Positions 1-9,659 of a DNA stretch of 25,336 nt are shown here, piece after piece. The DNA comes from a virus (Duplodnaviria > Caudoviricetes). The position numbers were made by a program, and so were the translations under genes. Below the pieces are notes generated by a model, which was not told where the DNA came from, did no database searches, and worked only from the letters and a program-made list of their open reading frames with translations. The stretch is from positions 1-25,336 of IMG/VR virus record IMGVR_UViG_3300025357_000051. One strand, given 5' to 3'. Each line of letters starts with the position of its first letter. Position 1 is the stretch's first letter.

Positions 1-99
1 GATTATTGGGTTGACAGAGATGGTATAAAAGAGTATAATAACAGAATAAATAACGGACTAAGATTGTTTGGGCGATACTACAGAGGATTGTGGTCATAA
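1..99 (+). CDS. 3' end of a conserved T4-like phage hypothetical protein (partial)
   Basis: Frame 1 is open from base 1 to TAA at 97-99: DYWVDRDGIKEYNNRINNGLRLFGRYYRGLWS. The RIxNGxRLFGxYYxxLW terminus is familiar from myophage hypotheticals. Confidence 0.65.
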   Translation, partial: DYWVDRDGIKEYNNRINNGLRLFGRYYRGLWS

Positions 100-110
100 A
101 CACTAAAAGT

Positions 111-191
111 GTGGAATGTCCACATTGTGGTAAAACAGGCCAACTCGCCAATATGAAGAGGTGGCATCTTGACAACTGTAAAGAAAGGTGA
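111..191 (+). pseudogene. Remnant of the C-terminal Zn-finger of a NUMOD3/homing-endonuclease-type gene
   Basis: Frame 3 reads VECPHCGKTGQLANMKRWHLDNCKER*, colinear with CPVCGLVGRGGIMKRYHFTNCK at the end of ORF 14522-15046. There is an in-frame stop at 51-53 and no convincing start. Confidence 0.65.
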
Positions 192-195
192 TACA

Positions 196-402
196 ATGCA
201 ATTCCATGAAAAAGATATGACGATTTATGAGACGGAATTCAAGCAGCGCGCCTATGACGGAAAGTGGGAACGAATTGGTAAGATTGCCGATGAGGACAAC
301 TCTTACACATTTATTAATGAATACGGCAATCGTGCCGCTACTACACCTTTCAAGTGGGTTACACTTGGGGTCTACGATTTACTCATGGAAATCGTCGATT
401 AG
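196..402 (+). CDS. Hypothetical protein (68 aa)
   Basis: ATG at 196 follows AAGGTG and is preferred over the track's TTG at 169. No family recognised. Confidence 0.7.
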   Translation: MQFHEKDMTIYETEFKQRAYDGKWERIGKIADEDNSYTFINEYGNRAATTPFKWVTLGVYDLLMEIVD

Positions 403-419
403 TTTTCTTTTTAGTAAAC

Positions 420-448
420 TTGACATTTCAACCAAAGTGTTGTATAAT
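420..448 (+). promoter_or_regulatory. Sigma70-type (early) promoter for the gp43 operon
   Basis: Perfect TTGACA(420-425)-N17-TATAAT(443-448) in an intergenic gap. Confidence 0.9.
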
Positions 449-472
449 ATAAAAAATGGAGATTGTTGACTA

Positions 473-787
473 ATGGCTACAAATATTAAAAACCTACGCC
501 TACTAAACGGACACGATGTTCTTGGTGAAGTTGTTTCTATCACCAAGGATACTGTTACACTAAAGAACCCTGTCCGTGTCATGGTTGTTCCTAATCAGGC
601 CAACCCAAAAGAACCATCTATTGGTTTTGCACCATACTGCGAGTGGTCTTTGGACAAAGAAGTTGAGATTAATGCCGCGCACATTATCGCAACGATTACT
701 CCTATCGCAGAGTTCGTTAACCAATACAACACCGTATTCGGCGGTCTTGTAGTACCAGACAGCAAACTTATTATCCCAGGACAATAA
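473..787 (+). CDS. Conserved T4-like hypothetical protein upstream of gp43 (possibly Sm-like fold)
   Basis: GGAGA RBS. The N-terminus IKNLRLLNGHDVLG and the position just before the polymerase resemble small genes of environmental T4-like phages. TAATG overlap with gp43. Confidence 0.75.
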   Translation: MATNIKNLRLLNGHDVLGEVVSITKDTVTLKNPVRVMVVPNQANPKEPSIGFAPYCEWSLDKEVEINAAHIIATITPIAEFVNQYNTVFGGLVVPDSKLIIPGQ

Positions 788-3345
788 TGAAATTTTACAC
801 AAACGTTGAGGTATGGGGTGGTCGTATCCTATACCGAGGTGTTGAGAATGAGAGAAGGGTGCGACACAAGGTCGAGTATCACCCTTCTCTTTTTGTACCT
901 TCCAACACACCCACCAAATACACCACAATCTATGGAGAATACTTGGGTAAAGTAAAACCAGGTACGATACGTGATGCCCGTGATTTTGTTTCACAGTATG
1001 ATAATGTGGAGAACTTCAAGGTATACGGCAACACTCGTTATCAGTATTGCTTTATTGCCGATGAGTTCAAAGGTATAGTTGATTGGGACATGTCCCTTAT
1101 CAAAGTGGCCAATATCGATATCGAGGTCGGTGAACCTGACGGTGGAGGGTTCCCTGAACCAGAACATGCCAACGGTCCATTGACTGCTATCACGGTCAAG
1201 ATGGATGGTAAGTTCACCACCTTTGGTTGTGGTGTGTATAACAACACCCGTGATGATGTGACATACTTCAAATGTGCGGATGAGTTTGACCTTATTCGTA
1301 AGTTTCTTGGTTGGTGGCAATCGGAATATCCAGATGTAATCACAGGTTGGAACGTCCAGAACTTCGATATACCATACATGGTCAATCGTATTCGCAAACT
1401 AATGGGTGAGAATGAGGCCAAGAAACTATCTCCGTGGGGTGTTATCAACGATAAGATGGTTGATCTTGGTATGAACCGTAAGATCAAGTCATACTCAATC
1501 CTCGGTATTGCCACACTCGACTTGCTCGACCTTTACCAACGATATGCTAAGAACGGCAAGTCACAAGAGTCCTATAAGTTGGACAATATCGCACACGAGG
1601 AACTTGGTGAAAGAAAACTATCCTACGAAGAGGTTGGCACCTTGTTCAACCTGTATAAGGAGGACTATCAAAAGTTCATCGACTATAACATCAAAGACGT
1701 TGACCTCGTTGACAAGATTGATGATAAGAACAAGTTGATTGAGTTGGCCCTTACACTATCTTATGATAACAAGTGTAACTTTGAGGATGTGTTCGCACAA
1801 GTCCGTATGTGGGACGTTATCTGTTTCCATCATCTGAAGGCACAGAATAAGGTTGTGCCACCTATCGAACGCCATGAAAAGGAGGCTGCTTATGTGGGTG
1901 CCTATGTTAAAGATCCCATCATTGGATTTCATAATTGGGTTGCCAGTTTTGATGTTAATTCTGAGTATCCTAGTGTCATTATGGGCAGTAATATCTCCCC
2001 TGAGACTATTATTGAACCTGTTGATTACAATGATGCTATGCGCAGCCTTGTTTCAAGCAATATTAGTGTTGATAACCTTTTGGCCCGTAAGTTGGATCTA
2101 TCTGCCTTAAAGGATATTAATGTATGTCTAACTGCCAATGGTCAGTTCTTCCGCCGTGATAAGCAAGGGTTTATGCCAGAGATGGTTGAGAAGATGTTTG
2201 CTGATCGTAAGAAGTATAAGAAGGAGATGCTAGATGCCGAGACGGCCTATGAAAATGAAAAAGACCCTGAGAAAAAGAAAGAACTTAAAAACAAAATCGC
2301 CAAGTATAACAATCTTCAACTCTCTAAAAAAGTATCACTCAACTCCCTCTATGGTGCGCTTGGCTCCAAATTTTTCAGGTTTTTTGATCTACGTAACGCG
2401 ATTGCGGTCACGACGACTGGCCAACTCAGCATACGGTGGATCGAAAGAACGCTTAACCAGTATCTCAATAAAATACTAAAAACAACAGGAGAGGATTATG
2501 TCATTGCGCTTGATACAGACTCGGTTTACCTACGCCTTGGTCCGATTGTGGGCAAGACTATTGGTGAAGACCTCGGCACTGGTGATACGGCAAGAGTCAT
2601 CTCCTTCCTTGACAAAGTATGTGAGAGTAAAATTCAACCTGTTATTGATACCGCTTGTGGAGACCTTGGTGACTATACTAATGTATTTCAACAGAAAATC
2701 TTTATGAAGCGAGAAGGTCTATGTGATAAGGCCATATGGACCGCCAAGAAGAGATACATTCTCAGTGTATGGAACAATGAAGGTGTTCAATACGAGAAAC
2801 CAAAGAAGAAAGTTATGGGACTTGAAATGGTCAAGTCCTCCACCCCATCATCATGTAGAGATAAATTAAAAGAGGCCGTTGATGTTATTTTTGACAAGGA
2901 TGAAACAGCAATTCAGCAGTTTATTCAGGAATTCAGGAAAGAATTTGAAACTCTGCCTTTGGCAGACATATCGTTTCCTCGTGGACTCAATGGCCTGGTT
3001 AAGTATGCTGATAAAAAAAGTATATTCGCATCCGGATGCCCGATTCATGTCAGAGGTGCTCTTGTCTATAATCATTTTCTACATTCTCACAGCCTTACTA
3101 CTAAGTATCCATTAATAAACAACGGTGAGAAACTAAAGTTTATATTCCTAAAAGAACCAAATACTATTCAATCAAACGTCATATCTTTTCCACAGGGCGG
3201 CATCCCGGAAGAATTTGCCTTATCTAAATATATAGACTATAATACACAATTTGAGAAGGCCTTCCTTGACCCTCTTAAAATCATCCTAGATAGTATTGGG
3301 TGGAAGGCCGAGAAGGTCTCAAGTTTAGAGGATTTCTTTTCATGA
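787..3345 (+). CDS. gp43: T4-like family B DNA polymerase
   Basis: ExoI DIE, ExoII GWNVQNFD, ExoIII YNIKD, motif A SFDVNSEYPS, motif B KVSLNSLYG, motif C DTDS, KKRY, and the C-terminal clamp-binding SLEDFF. Confidence 0.98.
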   Translation: MKFYTNVEVWGGRILYRGVENERRVRHKVEYHPSLFVPSNTPTKYTTIYGEYLGKVKPGTIRDARDFVSQYDNVENFKVYGNTRYQYCFIADEFKGIVDWDMSLIKVANIDIEVGEPDGGGFPEPEHANGPLTAITVKMDGKFTTFGCGVYNNTRDDVTYFKCADEFDLIRKFLGWWQSEYPDVITGWNVQNFDIPYMVNRIRKLMGENEAKKLSPWGVINDKMVDLGMNRKIKSYSILGIATLDLLDLYQRYAKNGKSQESYKLDNIAHEELGERKLSYEEVGTLFNLYKEDYQKFIDYNIKDVDLVDKIDDKNKLIELALTLSYDNKCNFEDVFAQVRMWDVICFHHLKAQNKVVPPIERHEKEAAYVGAYVKDPIIGFHNWVASFDVNSEYPSVIMGSNISPETIIEPVDYNDAMRSLVSSNISVDNLLARKLDLSALKDINVCLTANGQFFRRDKQGFMPEMVEKMFADRKKYKKEMLDAETAYENEKDPEKKKELKNKIAKYNNLQLSKKVSLNSLYGALGSKFFRFFDLRNAIAVTTTGQLSIRWIERTLNQYLNKILKTTGEDYVIALDTDSVYLRLGPIVGKTIGEDLGTGDTARVISFLDKVCESKIQPVIDTACGDLGDYTNVFQQKIFMKREGLCDKAIWTAKKRYILSVWNNEGVQYEKPKKKVMGLEMVKSSTPSSCRDKLKEAVDVIFDKDETAIQQFIQEFRKEFETLPLADISFPRGLNGLVKYADKKSIFASGCPIHVRGALVYNHFLHSHSLTTKYPLINNGEKLKFIFLKEPNTIQSNVISFPQGGIPEEFALSKYIDYNTQFEKAFLDPLKIILDSIGWKAEKVSSLEDFFS

Positions 3346-4904
3346 GCAAACAAATTAAAAAAATTGTTATTGTAGGTGGAGGTTCTGCTGGATGGATGAC
3401 CGCCTCTACTTTTATTGCTAGATTACCCGGCCGAGACATAACCTTAATAGAAAGTCCTAACATTCCTACTGTTGGTGTTGGAGAATCAACTTTAGGTTTC
3501 ATTAATGAATGGATAAGATTGCTAGGAATTAAAGACCAAGAATTTATGAAACATTGTGATGCTTCATACAAACTTTCTATTAGATTTACCGACTTCTATA
3601 GAAAAGGTGCAGGTTCATTTCATTACCCTTTTGGTGGTATAAATTTAGACGGTAATCATTCGGATAAAAATGATTGGTACTTTAAAAAAATGTTTTTTCC
3701 GGAAACACCTGTTAGTGATTATGCCGATTGCATTTATCCTATTATGTCTTTGGTGAATCAGAATAAAATTTCTGACAAAAGAGATATAGTTCCTGGTTAT
3801 AGTATAGAAAATGATTGTGCTTATCACTTTGATGCATCTAAATTCGGACAATGGTTAAAAGATAATTATTCTATCCCAAAAGGTGTAAAGCATATATCAG
3901 CGGAGGTTAAAGACATTCACACAGACGAAGATGGTATTAAAAAACTCATATTAGATAGTGGTGAAGAGATTACTGCTGATTTATTTGTTGATTGTACCGG
4001 TTTTCGTTCTGTTTTGTATAGTAAAATGGATGTGCCTTTTATTTCGATGGCCGATATGCTACCAAATAATTCTGCTTGGGCTACACAAGTACCATATACT
4101 GATAAAAAAAACCAGTTGGTTGGTTATACTGATGGTCATGCTATTGATAATGGTTGGGTATGGAACATTCCATTATGGAGTCGTATAGGTACAGGTTATG
4201 TTTTTTCTGACAAATATATTGATGATGATGGTGCTCTTAATGAATTTAAAGAACACCTCAAACAAAAAAACTTATATAATGAAAATTTACAATTCAAAAA
4301 GTTAAAATTTCGTGTTGGTATTTACAAAAAACTTTGGTATAAAAATGTTGTTCCAATTGGACTTTCCGCAGGATTTATTGAACCATTAGAAAGCAATGGA
4401 CTTTTTAGTGTTCATATGTTTTTATCAAAATTGATTAGAGTGTTAGACAGAGTTCCAGAAGCATATGTTAGTCAAATTGATAAAGATGGATACACCTACG
4501 AATGTAGGAATATATTCAAAAATTTTTGTGAGTTTGTAGCATTACATTATGCTCTTTCACACAGAGATGATACAAAATACTGGAGAGATGTTGGTTCAAG
4601 AGAATATACACAAGATTTTTACGATGTGAGTAAAACGCATAATAGTGCTTTTTTAAATACTACTAGTTCAAGATATAATAATTTTTATTGTGATAATGGA
4701 GGAATAAACTGCATAGCCACTGGTTTAAACTTTTTTGCAACAGATGCAAATGCTCTTGATCAATATGATTATAATGAACAATCTAAGAAAGATTGGTTAT
4801 GGGCAGCCCACAAGTTAACTCAAAAAAGAGACCTATGGGTCAAGCTTGTGAAAGATGAACCTTATTTGTATGATTACCTAAAGGAGAAAATCTACAATGA
4901 GTAA
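3342..4904 (+). CDS. Flavin-dependent (tryptophan-halogenase family) halogenase
   Basis: GGGSAGW FAD motif, GVGEST, conserved Lys in ASYKLSIRF, WxWxIP (GWVWNIP), FIEPLESNG. The start is placed at the ATGA overlap with the gp43 stop rather than at 3300. Confidence 0.92.
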   Translation: MSKQIKKIVIVGGGSAGWMTASTFIARLPGRDITLIESPNIPTVGVGESTLGFINEWIRLLGIKDQEFMKHCDASYKLSIRFTDFYRKGAGSFHYPFGGINLDGNHSDKNDWYFKKMFFPETPVSDYADCIYPIMSLVNQNKISDKRDIVPGYSIENDCAYHFDASKFGQWLKDNYSIPKGVKHISAEVKDIHTDEDGIKKLILDSGEEITADLFVDCTGFRSVLYSKMDVPFISMADMLPNNSAWATQVPYTDKKNQLVGYTDGHAIDNGWVWNIPLWSRIGTGYVFSDKYIDDDGALNEFKEHLKQKNLYNENLQFKKLKFRVGIYKKLWYKNVVPIGLSAGFIEPLESNGLFSVHMFLSKLIRVLDRVPEAYVSQIDKDGYTYECRNIFKNFCEFVALHYALSHRDDTKYWRDVGSREYTQDFYDVSKTHNSAFLNTTSSRYNNFYCDNGGINCIATGLNFFATDANALDQYDYNEQSKKDWLWAAHKLTQKRDLWVKLVKDEPYLYDYLKEKIYNE

Positions 4905-5079
4905 AAAAGACAAACACCACAAACATTCCCCTGCCCGTTTGTATGAGTTTACGCCTGATACTACTATAGATACCAATAACATTATAGAGTTGGCCAACAT
5001 TGTAAGAGTTGGTATTGGCGGTCATCTATTAGAGAAGTTATCACCAGAGTTACAGAAATACTTTAAAGAAGTTGCCTAA
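4897..5079 (+). CDS. Hypothetical protein (60 aa)
   Basis: AAGGAG RBS upstream. Fills the gap between the halogenase and uvsX. Confidence 0.7.
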   Translation: MSKKDKHHKHSPARLYEFTPDTTIDTNNIIELANIVRVGIGGHLLEKLSPELQKYFKEVA

Positions 5080-5093
5080 CGAGATTGTTAGGT
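5074..5093 (+). promoter_or_regulatory. Stem-loop upstream of uvsX
   Basis: GCCTAACG-AGAT-TGTTAGGT inverted repeat with no U-tract, so it is not a clear terminator. Confidence 0.4.
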
Positions 5094-5112
5094 ACATTAT
5101 AAGGAGAAACTT

Positions 5113-6165
5113 ATGTCCGATATTTTTAATCAGTTGTTGGCTGAGACCGACAACGAATACGCTGGTATTGTCGATGATGGCGTAGCAGCAGGTGATGTGT
5201 CAGGATTTATTGGCACAGGTAGTTATGTTATGAATGCCTTGCTATCAGGTTCCATCTATGGCGGCCTTCCACAAAACAAAGTCACAGCATTAGCAGGCGA
5301 ACCATCAGTTGGTAAGACCTTCTATGCTCTCAACATTGTAAAGCAGTTCCTCGAAGACAACAAAGATGGTTTCGTATTTTACTTTGAGTCCGAGTCCGCC
5401 ATCTCTAAGCAGTTCATCACCGACCGTGGTATTGATGCTAAACGAGTTGGCATTGTTCCTGTTGCCACTGTTCAAGAGTTCCGCACACAGGCGGTAAAGA
5501 TCCTAGACAAGTATCTTGAAGGCAAGGAGAAACCACCGATGGTTTTCGTCCTTGATAGTCTTGGTAATCTTTCAACCGATAAAGAGATGGCAGACATTGC
5601 CGATGGTAAAGATACCCGTGACATGACCCGTGCCCAATTGGTGCGTGGTGCTTTCCGTGTTCTTACATTGAAACTAGGCAAGGCAAAGGTACCATTGATT
5701 GTTACCAACCATGTTTATGATGTTGTTGGTTCCTATGTGCCTGTGAAGAAGATGGGTGGTGGTTCTGGCCTTGAGTATGCAGCATCTACTATTGTCTTTC
5801 TATCTAAGAAAAAGGATAAGACACTGGACGATGAGGACGGCCGCACTGGTGCAGTCATCACCGCACACCTCAAGAAGTCTCGTATGACGGTAGAAGACCG
5901 CCGAGTGGAGACTTGGTTGAACTACCAGACAGGACTAGATAAGTATTATGGACTCCTTGACCTTGCTGTTAAGTATGGTATTGTCAAGAAGGTATCCAAC
6001 AAGTATGAGTTCCCAGATGGATCAAAGGCCTTTGAAAGTCAGGTAAAGAAAACACCTGAAAAGTTCTTTGACAAGGAAACTCTAGATGTGCTTGATGAGT
6101 TTTGTAAGAATGATTTCCTATATGGCAAGTATAATGTGGCGGAGGTAGAAGTAGAGGAATCATAA
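5113..6165 (+). CDS. uvsX: RecA-like recombinase UvsX
   Basis: Walker [13 protein letters not shown], Walker [29 protein letters not shown]4-like order 43-uvsX-41. Confidence 0.96.
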   Translation: MSDIFNQLLAETDNEYAGIVDDGVAAGDVSGFIGTGSYVMNALLSGSIYGGLPQNKVTALAGEPSVGKTFYALNIVKQFLEDNKDGFVFYFESESAISKQFITDRGIDAKRVGIVPVATVQEFRTQAVKILDKYLEGKEKPPMVFVLDSLGNLSTDKEMADIADGKDTRDMTRAQLVRGAFRVLTLKLGKAKVPLIVTNHVYDVVGSYVPVKKMGGGSGLEYAASTIVFLSKKKDKTLDDEDGRTGAVITAHLKKSRMTVEDRRVETWLNYQTGLDKYYGLLDLAVKYGIVKKVSNKYEFPDGSKAFESQVKKTPEKFFDKETLDVLDEFCKNDFLYGKYNVAEVEVEES

Positions 6166-6720
6166 AGATTCCTTTTTTCTCCGTTTAGCATCTCTTAATG
6201 CTTGTTTATGTGCCTCTGATTTAGGTTTACCTTTTAGTGCTAGTGATGTTGCTAACTTTTTTTCAGGACTTTTATTTCTTTCGGATAAATCAGGTCGTTT
6301 TCTACCAAACATATGATTTAACGGCCCGATTTTTCCATACATATTATTATTGGAACCTTTATTAGTTTCTCTTTCTTTATGTGTTTTAGACATTCTATTT
6401 TTGGTATCTTCATTATGCTTATAACCAGTAGCTCCTTCACCACCATCAGTTTTATTGAGAAGGATTCCTGTTCCATTATCTCTTCTTCCATACCAACGAA
6501 TGTAAAATCTTTCTAAAGAAAGAGAACCTATTTCACTGAGATTGGATTCCATAATGATGATAAGATTATCATTTTTAGGTCTATGTATGCCGTGAGTTTT
6601 ATGAGAAATCCAAGCACGACCTTCATAACCTTTGCCTATGTAATAAACATTGCCATTTTTGGAAATGTATGCGTAAATGTAGAAACCTGGAGGTGGATTT
6701 TGACGAGAATAAATAGACAT
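6160..6720 (-). CDS. Free-standing GIY-YIG homing endonuclease with NUMOD3-type tail
   Basis: FYIYAY...YYIGKG...R...E...LNKTDGGEG catalytic-domain pattern, followed by basic [10 protein letters not shown] and KSEAHKQAL repeats. It is the only credible minus-strand gene, has a GGAG RBS and overlaps the uvsX end by 6 nt. Confidence 0.88.
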   Translation of the reverse strand: MSIYSRQNPPPGFYIYAYISKNGNVYYIGKGYEGRAWISHKTHGIHRPKNDNLIIIMESNLSEIGSLSLERFYIRWYGRRDNGTGILLNKTDGGEGATGYKHNEDTKNRMSKTHKERETNKGSNNNMYGKIGPLNHMFGRKRPDLSERNKSPEKKLATSLALKGKPKSEAHKQALRDAKRRKKESL

Positions 6721-6780
6721 GCTGATGCTCCGTAAAAGCGTTAGAGTAGGCAGGACGCCAATCCGTGGCCTACAACCATA
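6721..6780 (-). repeat. Conserved 60-nt structured leader, copy A
   Basis: The reverse complement aligns without gaps to 14461-14520 at 48/60 identity. Two hairpins, with compensatory base changes in the first. Confidence 0.9.
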
Positions 6781-6786
6781 TTTAGT
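6779..6786 (-). promoter_or_regulatory. T4-like late promoter for the endonuclease gene
   Basis: ACTAAATA on the minus strand directly upstream of the leader. The same variant of the T4 TATAAATA consensus recurs at gene boundaries in this window. Confidence 0.6.
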
Positions 6787-6803
6787 AAATGGAGGATTTT
6801 GAC

Positions 6804-7142
6804 ATGGAGTTAGGAAAAGACTTTTCTTTCCGTGATGACTTATTTAACCCAAAAGAGGATGGTTCAACAGTTCCTATTGAGTTAATGGTTGACCCTTTCG
6901 CAGGAGTGTGCTATCGTTATACCTATGTCAAGTTTAGAATGGACGAGGATAATGTTCCTCGTATTGGTTACGATTATGAAATCCTCAAGACCAATGACTT
7001 GTCTATGATGACACTAAGAAAGAATGAAAAGTTTAACACAGCATTAGGACTTATTTTAAACTCCTTATTGCTAGATGCGTCAGAAGTGGAAGGTGCTAGT
7101 GAGACTAGAACTAACGATACTAAAGAACCTAATAAAAAATGA
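6804..7142 (+). CDS. Hypothetical protein in the gp40 position (between uvsX and gp41)
   Basis: A GGAGG RBS precedes ATG 6804. Size and synteny match T4 gp40, but sequence homology was not established. Confidence 0.7.
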   Translation: MELGKDFSFRDDLFNPKEDGSTVPIELMVDPFAGVCYRYTYVKFRMDEDNVPRIGYDYEILKTNDLSMMTLRKNEKFNTALGLILNSLLLDASEVEGASETRTNDTKEPNKK

Positions 7143-8472
7143 ATCCTACACCCGCAAGGTTCTACCATTCCTAAAAGAAGAATACTTTTCTAACCAAGAA
7201 GACCGGCTACTTTTCAAAGAAGTGGCCGGTTTCGTGTTGAAGTATAATCAGCAACCAACCTTCGATGCCTTGGACATCGAGGTTGATAACTTGCGTGGTA
7301 CAACCGATGATACTGTTAAGAATATCAAAGAGACACTAAAAGAACTTGATGCTGACACAGTTTTGACAAACCCGAACTGGCTTTTAGACTCCACAGAAAA
7401 GTTTTGCCAAGAAAAGGCTATATACAATGCCATAACATCATCACTAGAAATAATGAACGGCAAACATAAACTAGAGAAGGGTGCTATCCCAGGTCTATTA
7501 TCTGATGCATTGTCTATTAGTTTTGATCCAAACGTTGGCCACGATTATCTCGAACAGTTTGAAGACCGTTACGAATACTATCACCGTGTTCAAGAAAAAC
7601 TTTCATTTGATCTTGATTTTTTTAATCGAATCACCAAGAACGGAGTTCCTAAGAAAACTCTCAACGTGGTTATGGCAGGTGTTGGTGTTGGTAAGTCTCT
7701 TTGTATGTGTCATTTTGCCGCTAGTTATCTCACTCAAGGAAAGAATGTTCTTTATATTACACTTGAACTAGCGGAAGAGGAAGTATCAAAACGTATTGAT
7801 GCTAATCTTATGAACATTACATTTGATGACTTGATGAATTTACCAAAAGACTTATATAAAAAGAAGATTGATAATCTAAAAGCAAAGACAAACGGCAAGC
7901 TGATCGTCAAAGAGTATCCAACTTCCTCGGCCTCTGCTACACATTTCAGGTCCTTGTTGAATGAGTTGAACCTCAAGAAAAACTTTGTACCAGATGCTAT
8001 TATGATTGACTATTTAAACATTTGTGCATCATCTCGTATCAAACCAGGTGTGGCAAATAGTTATACATATATCAAGGCCATTGCTGAGGAACTAAGAGGA
8101 CTGGCAGTTGAGTTCAATGTTCCTGTTTGGTCTGCTACACAGTTGACCAGAGGTGGTTATAATAGTTCTGATCCGGATATGACCGATACCTCAGAGTCCT
8201 TTGGTTTGCCTGCCACAGCTGACTTGTTCTTGGCACTCATTACAAATGAAACCATGGAACAGTTGAAACAGGTACAGGTAAAACAGTTAAAGAACCGTTA
8301 TAATGATCCTTCACAGAATAAAAGATTTGTTATTGGTATTGATAAAAGCAAGATGAAGTTGTATGATGTAGAGCAATCAGCACAAGATTTGGTTGACTCA
8401 GGACAGGAAGAAGTGAAACCTATTCCGAGACAGTTTGATGGAAAGAACAAGTTCAAAGGATTGAAAGTATGA
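7099..8472 (+). CDS. gp41: Replicative DnaB-like helicase
   Basis: AGVGVGKS Walker A, ITLE, IVKEYPT, IDYLNIC, AEELRGLA, SATQ, SESFGLPATAD, QLKNRY. Probable GTG start at 7099 after GGAAGG. Confidence 0.96.
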   Translation: MRLELTILKNLIKNESYTRKVLPFLKEEYFSNQEDRLLFKEVAGFVLKYNQQPTFDALDIEVDNLRGTTDDTVKNIKETLKELDADTVLTNPNWLLDSTEKFCQEKAIYNAITSSLEIMNGKHKLEKGAIPGLLSDALSISFDPNVGHDYLEQFEDRYEYYHRVQEKLSFDLDFFNRITKNGVPKKTLNVVMAGVGVGKSLCMCHFAASYLTQGKNVLYITLELAEEEVSKRIDANLMNITFDDLMNLPKDLYKKKIDNLKAKTNGKLIVKEYPTSSASATHFRSLLNELNLKKNFVPDAIMIDYLNICASSRIKPGVANSYTYIKAIAEELRGLAVEFNVPVWSATQLTRGGYNSSDPDMTDTSESFGLPATADLFLALITNETMEQLKQVQVKQLKNRYNDPSQNKRFVIGIDKSKMKLYDVEQSAQDLVDSGQEEVKPIPRQFDGKNKFKGLKV

Positions 8473-8702
8473 AGCATCTATACAGATACTATCCAGATTT
8501 TGATGGTGATGACAACCTAATTTGGTATGTCCACGAATTGAATACAGACCAGGTTGTTGCCGAATATTTCTTCGAGGAAGACGCTGAGGCTATGTGCCTA
8601 TTCTTGGAACGTGGTGGTGCCTTTGCTGGCCATACTCCATATTTTATGATGGTGAAAGTTCCTACGGACATTAATGATGCTTTCTCGGCAGAGTTTTCGT
8701 AA
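8469..8702 (+). CDS. Hypothetical protein (77 aa)
   Basis: ATGA coupling to gp41. GGAFAGHTP motif. No family recognised. Confidence 0.75.
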   Translation: MKHLYRYYPDFDGDDNLIWYVHELNTDQVVAEYFFEEDAEAMCLFLERGGAFAGHTPYFMMVKVPTDINDAFSAEFS

Positions 8703-9316
8703 TGAGTGATATATGGGAAAAATATGACTATTTTCCGTCAAGTGTTTATATATTAGACAAACCAGAATTTTTAAATTTGGTCAAGAATGTTGCCTATGAA
8801 TATTTAGAAGATTTTAAAAAACAAAATGTAATAAATGAATTGTATCCTATGTATCAAACTTATAATTTTTATGGTGATAACAGAATACAAAATTTTACAA
8901 CTTATGTTTCACAAACATCTTGGAATATATTATCATCACAGGGGTTTGATGTCGAACTTAAAGAAACATATTTCACTGAAATGTGGATGCATTATTATTT
9001 GAAGTATGGTTCTATGGAAAGTCATATACATTCCAATGGTTCTCATATAACAGGTTTCTATATAATGGAGGCACCTGAAAAATGTGGAGAAATAATGATA
9101 CAAGACCCTAGATCCGGAAAAGTTCAAATGAATATAGGAATCAATTCAAATGATAATATATATCTTAAACCAAAACCAGGAATGTTATTTTTCACCAATT
9201 CATGGCTTCCACATTCTATAACGAGAAATGGTTCAAATGAACCTTTCACATTTATACATTTTAATTTAGGTATTAGAAATTATTATCCTCCACCTGCGCC
9301 GGCAGAAGTGATATGA
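8702..9316 (+). CDS. Putative 2OG-Fe(II) oxygenase (TIGR02466-like)
   Basis: HIH..S.ITGFY, DPR, LFFTNSWLPHSI, IHFN pattern. Confidence 0.8.
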   Translation: MSDIWEKYDYFPSSVYILDKPEFLNLVKNVAYEYLEDFKKQNVINELYPMYQTYNFYGDNRIQNFTTYVSQTSWNILSSQGFDVELKETYFTEMWMHYYLKYGSMESHIHSNGSHITGFYIMEAPEKCGEIMIQDPRSGKVQMNIGINSNDNIYLKPKPGMLFFTNSWLPHSITRNGSNEPFTFIHFNLGIRNYYPPPAPAEVI

Positions 9317-9537
9317 AATATAGCATAAGATTTAATAAATCAAGAGGTATGTCAGGTAGAGGAACTTTAGAACATGTATGGCGTGTTTTTGAAGGTGATA
9401 AAGAATATCTTTTTAAACATGTTAAGATAAATGTTCCATCTTTTAGTGAAAGAGATGGAGAGGATTGGAACATCGCATGTCATGGTAAAATGATTATAGA
9501 TAGAGATACATCTACAGCAATTATAAATGGAGAATAA
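9313..9537 (+). CDS. Hypothetical protein (74 aa)
   Basis: ATGA-coupled ORF, IRFNKSRG...HVWRVFE. Confidence 0.75.
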   Translation: MKYSIRFNKSRGMSGRGTLEHVWRVFEGDKEYLFKHVKINVPSFSERDGEDWNIACHGKMIIDRDTSTAIINGE

Positions 9538-9657
9538 ATGAGCGATTTAACACCAGAACAACTAAAACGTCAGGCATACTTCCGTATGGTAGTATTCTTT
9601 TTAATTACTATAATCATTGGTTTTGTTGCTAGTGATATTAACATGTTAGGAGAATAA
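9538..9657 (+). CDS. Small membrane protein (39 aa, not in ORF track)
   Basis: MSDLTPEQLKRQAYFRMVVFFLITIIIGFVASDINMLGE*. GGAG RBS and one hydrophobic segment. Confidence 0.7.
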   Translation: MSDLTPEQLKRQAYFRMVVFFLITIIIGFVASDINMLGE

Positions 9658-9659
9658 TA

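Noticed and set aside
379-3571. Minus-strand and alternate-frame ORFs over the gp43 region (e.g. 560-994, 991-1320, 1041-1514, 3281-3571)
   Set aside because: Shadow ORFs of well-supported + strand genes, with no RBS or recognisable motifs.
787-8472. Inteins or introns in gp43, uvsX or gp41
   Set aside because: All three have ordinary lengths and contiguous motifs, with no intein splice-junction signatures seen.
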